64,000 nucleotides of DNA from an uncultured Neglectibacter sp. (GCA_904419785.1 CAJFSY010000001.1:263078-327077), one strand, 5' to 3'. Shown: positions 1-9,827, counted from the stretch's first letter. The notes: a model not told the origin generated them from the letters alone. Translations and numbers: made by a program.

Positions 1-56
1 CCCAGTTAACAAACATGCTTTTTCTATGTTTTATCCGAGCTATATGATAAAATAAA

Positions 57-95
57 AACCGATTGCAAACCAGCAGAATTCGTTTGCAATCGGTT
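57..95 (-). terminator. Rho-independent terminator hairpin downstream of the 139..663 gene
   Basis: 14-bp perfect stem aaccgattgcaaac / gtttgcaatcggtt with an 11-nt loop. A/T runs flank it on both sides, so it could act bidirectionally. Confidence 0.6.
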
Positions 96-138
96 TTACT
101 TTATAAAGAATATCAGGAGACAAACCCGTAATTACCAG

Positions 139-663
139 TTACTGCATCTTGAAACAGCGGAATGTGAGGGGGAAAAAGGTAAACAATATAAACAATACAA
201 TAATTATCGAAAACGCAGCTAAAAGAAATTTAACACTTATCCCTTTTCCATATCGATAGGTATGAAGCCCCAACAATTGCCCAAATAAAAGAGCAATCAG
301 CAAGATGGCAACATCCACCCATAGAAGATGTTTGCCAAAAGCTCCTGTGTAAAAATAGTACAGCATAGGCATTGCCAGTAATGAAGTGACCAAAGCAACT
401 AAAGCGCCGGTAAACCATTTACTTATATCTATTTCATATTTCTCAGCTCGAAAGCGATAATAAAGAGACCACCAAAGGATTAGGGGCCAAAGAATCATCT
501 TAGAATGTTCCCAAATGCTTTCATTAATAGGAGCAATTAATCCTACAGCTGAAAATTTCCAGAGAATATTATACAGAAAATGCATTGCCGAGCCAATGAT
601 AAACAAGGCCGGAATACCAATTATTATCCACTTCTCTGGTTGCTTCAAAGATGTATGCCTCAT
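139..663 (-). CDS. Integral membrane protein of unknown function
   Basis: From ORF 139..684. Hydrophobic helices run throughout (IIIGIPALFIIGSAMHFLY, MILWPLILWWSLYY, LVALVTSLLAMPMLYYFY, AILLIALLFGQLLGL, LLAAFSIIIVLFILFTFF). Start trimmed to ATG 663, which follows a GGGAGGAAAG SD. No family assigned. Confidence 0.6.
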   Translation of the reverse strand: MRHTSLKQPEKWIIIGIPALFIIGSAMHFLYNILWKFSAVGLIAPINESIWEHSKMILWPLILWWSLYYRFRAEKYEIDISKWFTGALVALVTSLLAMPMLYYFYTGAFGKHLLWVDVAILLIALLFGQLLGLHTYRYGKGISVKFLLAAFSIIIVLFILFTFFPLTFRCFKMQ

Positions 664-801
664 ACTTTCCTCCCCAATATCCAATATAAGCTAAGAAATG
701 ATTATGCTGGATATAATCAGAGTATTACCATTTGGGCATCGAGATAACTCGCTGAAATTTCGTTTAGGTAATATAAAAAACTTTCTTACAGTGTCACAAA
801 C

Positions 802-834
802 AAAAAAGAAGCCACCCCCATCGGGAATGACTTC
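802..834 (-). terminator. Candidate terminator after the isomerase gene
   Basis: On the minus strand, stem gaagtca / tggcttc (7 bp, one G-U pair) is followed by ttttttgtttg. Confidence 0.4.
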
Positions 835-856
835 CTTTTTCAAAAAAACTATTTGA

Positions 857-1837
857 TTAAATCCAACGCATAGAGGTCATGCGATCTTCAAAAGTGATAG
901 CACGCTTCAAAACGTCGCAAGCCTTCACCAAGCCTTCGTTCTTGCTCATCAGGCTGTCCTCATGCTCAATGCTCAGCACATAGTCATAACCCACTAACCG
1001 CAGCTGGCTGACAAAATCTTTCCAGAACAGCTCGTCGTGACCATAACCGATAGAACGGAAAATCCAAGAACGGTGAATCTCATCGCTATAAGGACGAGCA
1101 TCCAAGGTGCCGTCCACAGGAGCGTTGATAGGATCAATCTTAGTGTCTTTGGCGTGTACATGGAAAATAGCGTCTCCACCCAAAGCGCGAACAACTTTAA
1201 TGGGGTCCATCCCCTGCCAAATCAAGTGGCTGGGGTCCAGGTTGGCGCCGATTTCGGGACCAACAGCTTCGCGCAGCTTCTTCAAAGTGTAGGTGTTATA
1301 AACACAGAAGCCCTGATGCATTTCCAAGGCAATTTTGTTTACACCGTGAGATTTTGCAAAGGCCACAAACTCTTTCCAATAAGGAACGAGCACTTCGTTC
1401 CACTGATAATCCAGAACATCCAAAAACTCATTGGGCCAAGCGCAAACCACCCAGTTAGGATTCTTGGACTCGGGGCAATCGCCGGGGCAGCCGGAGAAGC
1501 AGTTGATCTGATGGATACCCAGCTTTTCAGCCATAAGCACAGCATCACGCATATCATCATCGAACTGCTTAGCGATCTCTTTATTGGGATGCACAGGGTT
1601 GCCATGGCAGCTCAGTGCGCTAATTTCCAAACCAGATTCCTCAATGGTCTTGACAAACTCTTGGAATTTCGCCTCGTCATGAAGCAGCACGCCGGGATCG
1701 CAATGATCCTTGCCGGGATAGCCGCCGCAGCCGATTTCTACCATCTGAGCGCCAAGAGATTTAAAATAGGCCAGAGCCTCTTTCAGAGGGGTCTCGCCGA
1801 TTACGTTGGTGAGCACACCTAATTTCATAGCAGTCAC
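857..1837 (-). CDS. Sugar phosphate isomerase/epimerase (xylose-isomerase-like TIM barrel)
   Basis: 326-aa ORF. The N-terminus MKLGVLTNV...LKEALAYFKSLGAQMVEIGCGGYPG and the LSIEHED motif near the C-terminus are typical of AP-endonuclease-2/xylose-isomerase-like TIM-barrel proteins. The true start may be the MKLGV Met at 1828. Confidence 0.75.
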   Translation of the reverse strand: MTAMKLGVLTNVIGETPLKEALAYFKSLGAQMVEIGCGGYPGKDHCDPGVLLHDEAKFQEFVKTIEESGLEISALSCHGNPVHPNKEIAKQFDDDMRDAVLMAEKLGIHQINCFSGCPGDCPESKNPNWVVCAWPNEFLDVLDYQWNEVLVPYWKEFVAFAKSHGVNKIALEMHQGFCVYNTYTLKKLREAVGPEIGANLDPSHLIWQGMDPIKVVRALGGDAIFHVHAKDTKIDPINAPVDGTLDARPYSDEIHRSWIFRSIGYGHDELFWKDFVSQLRLVGYDYVLSIEHEDSLMSKNEGLVKACDVLKRAITFEDRMTSMRWI

Positions 1838-1970
1838 TCCTTTAAGTATAAGCCAGCTTGGGGTTTGTTAGGAAATTTCCCTCAGCCCTTCGCTTTTCTT
1901 TATACTTATTATAGAGAATTATCACGAAAATTTCAATCCCCAAACAAAAATAAAGCCGTTTTTTCTCATC

Positions 1971-1997
1971 AAAAAAGGATGCCATAGGCATCCTTTT
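1971..1997 (-). terminator. Rho-independent terminator after cimA
   Basis: Stem aaaaggatgcc / ggcatcctttt with loop ata. A T-run follows on the minus strand. Confidence 0.65.
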
Positions 1998-2026
1998 GAC
2001 CGAAGCAGAAAAGCTTCTCCACGAAT

Positions 2027-3604
2027 TTACCGCTCCTTCCAGGCGGCATTTTTTAATAAGAGATACTCCATGGAATCTTCCAACGCTTTCCAGCTGGCGG
2101 CTACTACGTCTCCGGAAACACCTACCGTGGTAAAGGTGTCCTTCCCATCTGTAGAAGTGATCAACACTCGGACTCCGGCGGCAGTAGCATCTTTGCTATC
2201 CAACACACGAACTTTATAGTCTGTCAGTTTCACTTGTGACAAGACGGGATAAAAAATCTCCAGCGCTTTACGCAATGCTTGGTCCAAAGCGTTCACAGGG
2301 CCATTGCCTTCTCCCGCCATCAACTGTATCTCCCCGCCTACCCGGACCTTTACCGTAGCGCTGGCGCCACGATCCGCACCATCGCTGTAATCGGTATAGA
2401 TATGGTAATAGAGCAATTCAAAAAACGGCGGGAATGGCCGAAGCCGCTTGCGTACAAGCAGCTGGAAAGACGCGTCGGCTCCTTCAAACTGATAGCCCCG
2501 AGACTCCAGTTCTTTTAACTCTTGCAGCAAAGAACGGGCCTCTTGGGAATCAACACCGACAGAAGGAAACATCTCTTTGATCTTTTCCAGAACCACCGCA
2601 CGACCAGAAATTTCCGAAGCCGGGAACCTTCGAGCGTTCCCTACCAGATAGGGGTCTACATGCTCGAAAGACCGTGGGGATTTCAGCACTCCCGCCGCGT
2701 GCATTCCCGCTTTATGAGCAAACGCGTTTTCCCCCACATACGGCATGCACCCGGGCAAGTCCATATTGGCGATCGCCGCCAACTCCTTGGCCCGTTGTGT
2801 TAAATGCAGCAGTTCCTCTTGGGGGATACAGGACAATCCCAATTTCACTTGCAGATTGGGTATGATCTCTACCAGATTGGCGTTGCCGCAGCGTTCTCCA
2901 AAACCAAGGAAAGTCCCCTGAATTTGGGCCGCTCCCGCCAGTACGCTGAGGATACTATTGGCTGTAGCCATCCCACAGTCCTCATGAAAATGAACCGCTA
3001 CCGGCACCGGCAATTTGGCCACCACTTCTTTGACGATCTTCTCAACGTCTTTCGGAAAGGCTCCTCCATTGGTATCGCATAGGCAAACGATATCAGCTCC
3101 GCCTCGAACCGCAGCCTGCAACGCTTTCCAGGCAAAAGCTTTATCATCTTTCCAGCCGTCGAAAAAATGTTCCGCGTCAAAGACCACTTCTCTGCCATGG
3201 GATTTTAAGAACCGGCAGCTTTCTTCGATCATGCGGAAATTTTCCTCATAAGATGTTTCAAGCACCTTGTCTACATGAAATTTCCAACACTTTCCAAAAA
3301 GTGAACAGCATGGTGTTCCCGCGGCTAAAACCGCGGCCAAATTGCTGTCTTCCTCAACACGAATGCCCTTCCGCCGGGTACTGCCAAAGGAAACGAGCTT
3401 GGCATTTTTCAAGGAAAGTTTTGCAGCACGATGGAAAAACTCCGCGTCTTTTGGATTAGAGCCGGGATTGCCGGCTTCTACATACTGGATACCTATTTGA
3501 TCAAGAAGGCGCACTGCTTGCAATTTGTCTTCCAGAGAAAAGGCAATACCCGTTCCCTGTGCGCCATCCCGCAATGTCGAATCAAAGATCGTCACCGGCC
3601 CCAT
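2027..3604 (-). CDS. cimA: Citramalate synthase (2-isopropylmalate synthase family)
   Basis: 525 aa. The N-terminal IFDSTLRDGAQG motif, the HFHEDCGMATAN metal site and a long C-terminal LeuA-dimer-like regulatory domain match CimA-type enzymes in length and layout. Confidence 0.8.
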   Translation of the reverse strand: MGPVTIFDSTLRDGAQGTGIAFSLEDKLQAVRLLDQIGIQYVEAGNPGSNPKDAEFFHRAAKLSLKNAKLVSFGSTRRKGIRVEEDSNLAAVLAAGTPCCSLFGKCWKFHVDKVLETSYEENFRMIEESCRFLKSHGREVVFDAEHFFDGWKDDKAFAWKALQAAVRGGADIVCLCDTNGGAFPKDVEKIVKEVVAKLPVPVAVHFHEDCGMATANSILSVLAGAAQIQGTFLGFGERCGNANLVEIIPNLQVKLGLSCIPQEELLHLTQRAKELAAIANMDLPGCMPYVGENAFAHKAGMHAAGVLKSPRSFEHVDPYLVGNARRFPASEISGRAVVLEKIKEMFPSVGVDSQEARSLLQELKELESRGYQFEGADASFQLLVRKRLRPFPPFFELLYYHIYTDYSDGADRGASATVKVRVGGEIQLMAGEGNGPVNALDQALRKALEIFYPVLSQVKLTDYKVRVLDSKDATAAGVRVLITSTDGKDTFTTVGVSGDVVAASWKALEDSMEYLLLKNAAWKER

Positions 3605-3607
3605 GAT

Positions 3608-4381
3608 TTATCCTTCTTCCGAAGTAGTTTGTTCATTGAGAGGTTCATCATTTTTCAAGCGTTCATACAGCGCCATGGAGGATTCGTAATAAGCCATGTC
3701 TTTTTCTTTCTTCTCGATAGAGCTGCCTTCGGCTACCCGGCAGGAAACCCGCAATCTGCTGTACAACTCAGATAAGACATCCGCTGTATACAGTTCGCCC
3801 TCTTCAACAACAGGCTGGAATTTGGCGAACGCTTTAAAATCGCTCCAAGGAACCATAGCGTTTTCAAAATCGGTGGCATCTTCCGCCATGGGAGTACCAT
3901 CATTATATTGGAAAAAGCCTTTAAACGCAGCTTCCATTACTTCAAAAGCAGCTTCATCGTGAAGATAAATCATTACCTGGTTGCTGCTGGCATCTGCCGC
4001 AAAACGAACTTGAGCGGCTTGCTGCTGAGCATAGTCTGCGTTTGGGTCATTAGAAAAAGCATAATTAACTACAGTAACAGTAACTTTACCATCACCATTC
4101 CGATCATCCGCATAAGGGGTAATACATTCTTCTAACTGATCTAATCCGGTTTCAGGCATAGAATAGGACGTTAACAAAGCAATGGTATAATCCGGATTGA
4201 CTTTTGTCACCATGGAATAAACAAAACTGCCTACCAAAACGACTGCCACTACCCCTATCAACAGGTGCACCTTATGATAATACCACCAGTTTTTTCGCTT
4301 ATCTTTTCCTGTAACTAATTTGATTTCGTTTTGATGAATGGTCTCTTCTCCTGCGTTAATCAGGTATCGTTCTCTTGCCAT
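3608..4381 (-). CDS. Membrane-anchored protein of unknown function
   Basis: 257-aa ORF with a single N-terminal TM helix (VHLLIGVVAVVLVGSFVYSMV), then a soluble acidic domain. It ends 3 nt before the cimA start, so it is probably co-transcribed. Confidence 0.6.
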   Translation of the reverse strand: MARERYLINAGEETIHQNEIKLVTGKDKRKNWWYYHKVHLLIGVVAVVLVGSFVYSMVTKVNPDYTIALLTSYSMPETGLDQLEECITPYADDRNGDGKVTVTVVNYAFSNDPNADYAQQQAAQVRFAADASSNQVMIYLHDEAAFEVMEAAFKGFFQYNDGTPMAEDATDFENAMVPWSDFKAFAKFQPVVEEGELYTADVLSELYSRLRVSCRVAEGSSIEKKEKDMAYYESSMALYERLKNDEPLNEQTTSEEG

Positions 4382-4536
4382 ATCGTCGCTCCCTTATACT
4401 TGTATAATAAAATTTCCGCGCGATGATCTTTCACCGCAGAGCAATACCCTCATAATCCCCGCAAGTTTTGGCATGAAATTCCCCTCTGATTTCCCAAAAG
4501 CTGTTCCCACAGGCAAAGCGCCGGGGAAACACAGCT

Positions 4537-4565
4537 ATTCTAGCATAAGGCTCAAGGTTTTTCAA
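4537..4565 (-). promoter_or_regulatory. Sigma-A-type promoter candidate for the 3608..4381 / cimA unit
   Basis: Minus strand reads TTGAAA-N17-TAGAAT (-35 at 4560..4565, -10 at 4537..4542). This leaves a leader of about 150 nt. Confidence 0.45.
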
Positions 4566-4687
4566 GCCTTCCCGAAGATATGCAAGAAAGAATCAAACCA
4601 CTGTTCTTCAAGTACAAATCCCGCATGTATTTGTACCTGCAAACAGCAATGCTAACAAGTATTAGGCAGACTTTTATAAAAGCGCCA

Positions 4688-5296
4688 CTATTCGGGCAAT
4701 GTAACAATCCGCGTGCAGACGCGCTCTAAAAGCGAATCGCTGTGGGAAACGACCAGCAGCCCCAAACTCCTTCTTTCCGCCTCACACAAAAGGAACTCCC
4801 ATATCTGCGCTTGCGTGACTAAATCCAGCATAGCGGAAATCTCATCGCACAACAAGAAACGAACTTCCGGGTGAAGAGCCCGTGCGAGGCAAAAACGCTG
4901 CAATTCGCCGCCGGAAAGTTCCGCTGGATATCGGGTCAGCCATTCCTCTTGGATATGGAGCGCCGACAACAGCGAGGAATCTGGCAGGGCTCCTTCCTTC
5001 AACGTGGTCCCTAAAGGCAACAAGGGATCGACTACTGTTTCGGGATGCTGCCAAATCATTTGCACAGGGCATGGGCCGGAATACGTTCGAAGGGGCTTTC
5101 CATCCAAAAACACCTCTCCCCTTTGCGGACGTTCATACCCAGCCAAAATACGGCACAAAGTGGTCTTCCCTCTGCCGCTGGGGGCTTTTAGTCCCACCCG
5201 TTCTCCCGATTGCAGGCACAAACTCACTTTTTCAAGTATGGGATCGTGTTTTTTTCCTTTATAAGCAAAAGTGACGTCTCTTGCTTCCAACGTCAT
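4688..5296 (-). CDS. ABC transporter ATP-binding protein (short NikE/DppF-like subunit)
   Basis: Walker A (GLKAPSGRGKTT), signature LSGGELQR and Walker B (LLCDEISAMLD). Start set to ATG 5296, which forms an ATGA overlap with the upstream stop. Confidence 0.85.
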   Translation of the reverse strand: MTLEARDVTFAYKGKKHDPILEKVSLCLQSGERVGLKAPSGRGKTTLCRILAGYERPQRGEVFLDGKPLRTYSGPCPVQMIWQHPETVVDPLLPLGTTLKEGALPDSSLLSALHIQEEWLTRYPAELSGGELQRFCLARALHPEVRFLLCDEISAMLDLVTQAQIWEFLLCEAERRSLGLLVVSHSDSLLERVCTRIVTLPE

Positions 5297-6228
5297 AGCG
5301 CTTCCTCCTCTTCTGGATAAAGACAACGCACCTTACCGTTTTGATACGACCGCAAGGGAATATCCTGCTCTCCGCAGGAACTTTGAGGATGAGGACATTG
5401 TCCCACAAACGGGCAACCTTTCCACACACCGCCAGGATAGGGCTGTGCGCCTGGGATGGAATGGAAGCCCTGCTGGGGCATCGCTCTCCACAGCGCCTTT
5501 GCAAAAGGATGGCGCAGACGATTCCGGGTAAAATCAGAAGCTTCCGCTTCTTCTACAGTTTCGCCTGCGTAAAACACCACAACGCGATGTGCCACAGACA
5601 ACGCTAACTCCAGATCGTGGGTGATGAGCAACACTGCCGCCCCCTCGGAAGCCAGTTGCTGAAAATGCTCCAAGATCCGCTTAGCCGCTTGGATGTCTAA
5701 CCCCGGTGTGGGCTCATCCGCGATGATGAGCCGGGGAGAACCCATTACCGCCGAAGCCAAAAGCACACGCCGGGCCATTCCTCCCGACAGCTGAAAAGGA
5801 TACAGATTTTCAGTTTCTCGGGGCAAGCCATACCGCTCCAGCGCTTTTTGGGCCTTCTCTCTTATTTGTTTTTCCCGGCTGCCACAACATAACTGATCGC
5901 CGACTTTCATCAAAGGGTCCAAATAAGTGACCCCTTGCGGGACAAGGACGATTTCCTTGCCCCGCAATTTTTTTAACCAACTGGCTGTCAATGGTTTTCC
6001 TTGATAGAGGATCGTTCCTTCTTGACGGCTGTTATAGGGCAGCAATCCCAAAACCGCATGAGCCAGCAAGCTTTTTCCAGAACCGCTGGCTCCCACTACG
6101 GCGGTCACCTCTCCCGGGCACAAAGAAAGGGACAAATCCCGAATAACAGGAAGTTCCCGCCGCGTTACTCCCCGGCTGTATTGTGTGAATGTAATGGAAA
6201 GATGTTCAATCTGCAGGACTGGTTCCAT
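5293..6228 (-). CDS. ABC transporter ATP-binding protein (DppD/OppD/NikD-like)
   Basis: Walker A (GASGSGKS), LSGGMARR and Walker B (IIADEPTPGLD), plus a Cys-containing oligopeptide-type C-terminal extension. Start trimmed to MEPVLQIEHL at 6228, with an AAGGAG SD. The longer ORF would overlap the permease gene. Confidence 0.85.
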   Translation of the reverse strand: MEPVLQIEHLSITFTQYSRGVTRRELPVIRDLSLSLCPGEVTAVVGASGSGKSLLAHAVLGLLPYNSRQEGTILYQGKPLTASWLKKLRGKEIVLVPQGVTYLDPLMKVGDQLCCGSREKQIREKAQKALERYGLPRETENLYPFQLSGGMARRVLLASAVMGSPRLIIADEPTPGLDIQAAKRILEHFQQLASEGAAVLLITHDLELALSVAHRVVVFYAGETVEEAEASDFTRNRLRHPFAKALWRAMPQQGFHSIPGAQPYPGGVWKGCPFVGQCPHPQSSCGEQDIPLRSYQNGKVRCLYPEEEEAL

Positions 6229-6239
6229 AAACGGCTCCT

Positions 6240-7064
6240 TTATTGATGAATACTTCCCGGGTCCAAAAGCAAGCGGGCCCGCTCTCCTAACAACGCGAAC
6301 AAGATCACTACCAGAACAAGGGCTGTCCCTGGGAACAACGCCAGCCACCACTTTCCGGTAGTGAGATAGCGCATACTTTCTGAAAGGATGACCCCTATGG
6401 CCGGCTGTTCAGAGGATAATCCAAACCCTAAAAAGGTGACGCTGGCCTCATGGAGGATGGCGTGGGGAAACAGCAAAATGAAACCCGTTAGAAACTGGGG
6501 CAGTAGATGGGGCAGCATATGCAACCGCACACGTTTCCAAACAGACACCCCTAACTTTTCCGCAACCAAAAGATAAGGAGCGCTTTTTAACTGAATCACT
6601 TCCCCGCGGATCACCCTGGCTAAAGAAGTCCAATGGCTGAGGGACACACCTGCCACTACTCCAACAAATCCTCGGCCGCAGGCGATGGAAATGAGCATCA
6701 CCAGCAAAATATGGGGAATTCCCATGGCCAAGTCGATCCACCACGAGACAACCGCGTCTACCCATCCGCCGAAAACCGCGGAAAGCACGCCTAGAGCCAA
6801 GGCGATCCCGGCGCTCACCACTGCTGTTAACAGCCCAATACGAATGCTCAAAGAAAGTCCCGCCACGGTTCGGGCCAGCATGTCCCGCCCCATCCAATCG
6901 GTGCCAAATAAAAACGCCCCGCTGGGAGGAAGGTTCTTCCTGGTGAAATCCGTAGCCATAGCGGAATCTTCAACAGCCATTCCCGCAAACATGATAGCAA
7001 CCAATACTGCCGCCCCAGCAACCGCAAACCAAATCGTGGAATGCCTTCGGTTCCTGATGTTCAT
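6240..7064 (-). CDS. ABC transporter permease (DppC/NikC-like)
   Basis: N-terminus MNIRNRRHSTIWFAVAG... followed by FGTDWMGRDMLARTV, typical of DppC/OppC-type permeases. Its start forms an ATGA overlap with the upstream permease stop. The 462-aa track ORF is an artefactual 5' extension. Confidence 0.85.
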   Translation of the reverse strand: MNIRNRRHSTIWFAVAGAAVLVAIMFAGMAVEDSAMATDFTRKNLPPSGAFLFGTDWMGRDMLARTVAGLSLSIRIGLLTAVVSAGIALALGVLSAVFGGWVDAVVSWWIDLAMGIPHILLVMLISIACGRGFVGVVAGVSLSHWTSLARVIRGEVIQLKSAPYLLVAEKLGVSVWKRVRLHMLPHLLPQFLTGFILLFPHAILHEASVTFLGFGLSSEQPAIGVILSESMRYLTTGKWWLALFPGTALVLVVILFALLGERARLLLDPGSIHQ

Positions 7065-8053
7065 TTGCTCAGCGCCCCCTTTCGGATGCGAGGGTCTATC
7101 ACACCATAAAGTAAGTCCGCAAGCAGATTTCCCGCGAACACAAGCGCAGACGTGATCACCGAAATCCCCAACAAAAGCGGCATATCGCTTCCAAGACCTG
7201 CCGCAACCGCAGCCTGCCCCAATCCAGGATACGAAAACACTTGTTCTACCAATACGGAACCGCCGATAATCTCGCTGATTGAAGCAAACTGCAATGTCAA
7301 TGCGGGCAACGCAACATTGCGAAGCCCATGGCGCAAAACGATGGACCAGCCGTTTTCTCCCCGGGCGCGGGCAAACAAAACCGCGTCGCTCCCTAATACA
7401 TCCACCAATTTCTCCCGGGTGTGCAGAGCAATGTTGGAAACCCCCGTGATACTCAAGGTCAATGCGGGAAGGATGGCATGGCGCAGCTTGTCCGCCAAAG
7501 TCACCGAAGATTCTTCCATGCCAATAGGCACGGAAAGACCAATGGGCAACCAGCCCAGCCACACGGAAAAAACCATCAAAAGCAGCAGCGCCAACCAGAA
7601 AGCCGGCGTACTGGAAACAACAAAGCAATACCCCCGGATGAGTTTATCCGGCCAGCGCCCACGGAACGCGCCTGCCGTCATGCCAAGGGCCAGCCCCAAC
7701 AATCCTGAGACGACCCATGCGAATACCAACAACCACAATGAGTTTTGCAATCTTCCCCCTATCACGGAAATCACAGGCTGCCGGTAAAGCAAGGATGTTC
7801 CAAAATCGCCGTGGAGAACGCTTCCAAGCCACCCAAAGTAGCGTTCAGCCGGAGGCTGCTCAACACCCCAGTAGGCTTCTAACTGGGCTATCTGCTCCTG
7901 ACTCATAGACCCCAAAGCGACTTGCCCTACGTTGGTTTGCAACGGGTCAAGAGGAGAAGCGCATAACAGCAGGAAGGTCACCAAACTTACTCCCACCAGC
8001 AGCAATCCCGCCCGAAAAAGTTTTTTCCCCACGAAAAGCAAGGACGCTTTCAT
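7061..8053 (-). CDS. ABC transporter permease (DppB/NikB-like)
   Basis: N-terminus MKASLLFVGKKLFRAGLLLVGVSLVTFLL, an internal binding-protein-dependent transport signature region, and C-terminal DLLYGVIDPRIR, typical of DppB/OppB. Confidence 0.85.
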   Translation of the reverse strand: MKASLLFVGKKLFRAGLLLVGVSLVTFLLLCASPLDPLQTNVGQVALGSMSQEQIAQLEAYWGVEQPPAERYFGWLGSVLHGDFGTSLLYRQPVISVIGGRLQNSLWLLVFAWVVSGLLGLALGMTAGAFRGRWPDKLIRGYCFVVSSTPAFWLALLLLMVFSVWLGWLPIGLSVPIGMEESSVTLADKLRHAILPALTLSITGVSNIALHTREKLVDVLGSDAVLFARARGENGWSIVLRHGLRNVALPALTLQFASISEIIGGSVLVEQVFSYPGLGQAAVAAGLGSDMPLLLGISVITSALVFAGNLLADLLYGVIDPRIRKGALSK

Positions 8054-8069
8054 AACCCCACCCTTTCTT

Positions 8070-9716
8070 TCAATTCCAAGTCCATTGGTCCACATTGTTC
8101 ACGATAGACCATCCATGGCCATGGGGATGAATCTTCTGTTCCGCTACTTGAAGCCCATCCCGCACCCAATATAAATGATCGATATTGACCAGCCACACCC
8201 AAGGGATATCCCCTTGCTGAACAACGCCGGTAGTACCATCCCATTGGGCCTGCTGCCACAGCTGGTAAGATTTTTCCAAATCGCTGCAAGCCAACGCCTC
8301 ATCCATGTATTGGTCTACGGACTTATTGGAATAAGGGGAATACAGGGCCGTGCCCGTATCCGCAATGGTATGGTAGATGTTGTACAGTTCCATGGGACTG
8401 TGAGCGCCCCATCCCCATAAAAGCGGTGTGGAAAGAGCACGGTCATATGCCGTATCCCAGCCAACGCCTTCTATCTTGCAAGAAATACCCAGCGCTTCCA
8501 TTTGATTGGCAAAGTCCGCCGCTAAAGCTTGCCGGACGGAATCCCCATTGGAATACAATAAAGAAAGTTCCGCTTTCACGCCATCCTTTTCCCGCACACC
8601 GTCCGGGCCCATAAGCCAACCAGCTTCGTCCAGCAGCGCCCCCGCAGCTTCGGGATCGTATTCCACCTGGGAGGATGGATTGTACCAAGGCATTTGGTCG
8701 CAAACGCTATACGCCGGAGTTCCATAACCGTTCAATACATTGTCTATCATCTCTTGCCGGTCTACGCCGATATTCAGCGCTCTGCGCACCAACACGTCGC
8801 TGGTAAAATCGTTTCCTATGGCTACCCCGTTCTCATTGGTTTGCCCAGCAGGAACCGCAGGAAGATTGAATCCCCGGTTATCCACGCTATCATACGCTGC
8901 CAAGGAATATCCCTTTACAGATTCGTTCGAATACGTCGCTGATGTATACGCCACATCCACTTGGCCTGCCTGCGCCGCCAGAAAAGCCGCGTCCTCTTCC
9001 ATGAACAAAATCGTGACACGCTGCATCTTCGGGGCTTCTCCGTAATAATTGGGGTTCGCCTCCAAAATCACTTGCTGGCCCCTATCCCATTGCTTCAACA
9101 TATATCTGCCCGACCCTATGGGGTTTGCTCCATAAGAAGCGCTGTCGTATGCGTGTTCCGGTACGATACCAACCACTGCCATCGTATAGGGCCAAATGGA
9201 AAATGCCCGTGTCATATGGAACACGACAGCAGAGTCGTCCAAAGCTTCCGCATACTCCAACATTGTAAAATCATTGACAGAACTGCTTTCTTTCACAGTG
9301 TTGTATGTAAAAGCCACATCCGATGCTGTGAGTGCTTCTCCATCCGTGAACACCGCGTCGTTCCGGATGGTAACCGTCCAAGTCAAGCCGTCCTCGCTGA
9401 CCGATACATCTGTCGCCAGATCATACCCAATGGTCAAGTCTGTATTGGTAACCGTTAATGTACTCTGAATGAGCGGCTCGTGGACATGTTCCCCCGCGCC
9501 CCATCCAAAAGCCGGGTCAAATCCAGCTTCCGGTTCAGAAGTAGGGCCCATAGCTGCCACAACAGAAGCACTTTCCTCGCGGCCTGTTTCCTCCTGAACA
9601 TTCGATTCCGAAACCAGGGCGCTCTCCTGACTGTCTCCCTTTGTACCACATCCGGTGAAAATACCCAACAGCAAAACACCCGCCAACAACAAAGAAACAC
9701 TTTTTATCCCTTTCAT
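8070..9716 (-). CDS. ABC transporter substrate-binding lipoprotein, family 5 (peptide/nickel type)
   Basis: 548 aa. Lipoprotein signal with lipobox LLLGIFTGC. Size and composition fit the SBP_bac_5 family. It is the first gene of a five-gene importer operon. Confidence 0.8.
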   Translation of the reverse strand: MKGIKSVSLLLAGVLLLGIFTGCGTKGDSQESALVSESNVQEETGREESASVVAAMGPTSEPEAGFDPAFGWGAGEHVHEPLIQSTLTVTNTDLTIGYDLATDVSVSEDGLTWTVTIRNDAVFTDGEALTASDVAFTYNTVKESSSVNDFTMLEYAEALDDSAVVFHMTRAFSIWPYTMAVVGIVPEHAYDSASYGANPIGSGRYMLKQWDRGQQVILEANPNYYGEAPKMQRVTILFMEEDAAFLAAQAGQVDVAYTSATYSNESVKGYSLAAYDSVDNRGFNLPAVPAGQTNENGVAIGNDFTSDVLVRRALNIGVDRQEMIDNVLNGYGTPAYSVCDQMPWYNPSSQVEYDPEAAGALLDEAGWLMGPDGVREKDGVKAELSLLYSNGDSVRQALAADFANQMEALGISCKIEGVGWDTAYDRALSTPLLWGWGAHSPMELYNIYHTIADTGTALYSPYSNKSVDQYMDEALACSDLEKSYQLWQQAQWDGTTGVVQQGDIPWVWLVNIDHLYWVRDGLQVAEQKIHPHGHGWSIVNNVDQWTWN

Positions 9717-9738
9717 TTTTTAGATCGTCCCCTTTCCC

Positions 9739-9787
9739 AAAAACAAAAAGAAGGCGTCCGCTTTCTTCTGTGAAAGCAGACACCTTC
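9739..9787 (-). terminator. Strong terminator-like hairpin plus U-run inside the leader of the ABC importer operon
   Basis: On the minus-strand RNA, gaaggtgtctgcttt / aaagcggacgccttc forms a 15-bp stem that includes two G-U pairs, so pairing only works on this strand. It has a 9-nt loop and is followed by ctttttgttttt. It ends about 22 nt before the SBP start codon. Confidence 0.55.
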
Positions 9788-9798
9788 CTGGTATCTTA

Positions 9799-9827
9799 AG
9801 TATAAGAAATATAGTTATACGAAGCAA
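9799..9827 (-). promoter_or_regulatory. Sigma-A-type promoter candidate for the ABC importer operon
   Basis: Minus strand reads TTGCTT-N17-TATACT (-35 at 9822..9827, -10 at 9799..9804). Confidence 0.45.

Noticed and set aside
7065-7628. 5' extension of the DppC-like ORF (the 462-aa track version). Similar extensions occur on the DppD-like, DppB-like, HisB, HisG, LysC and other ORFs.
   Set aside because: The extensions overlap the upstream gene in another frame. Internal ATGs with SD sequences or ATGA/TGATG-type coupling give proteins with canonical N-termini.
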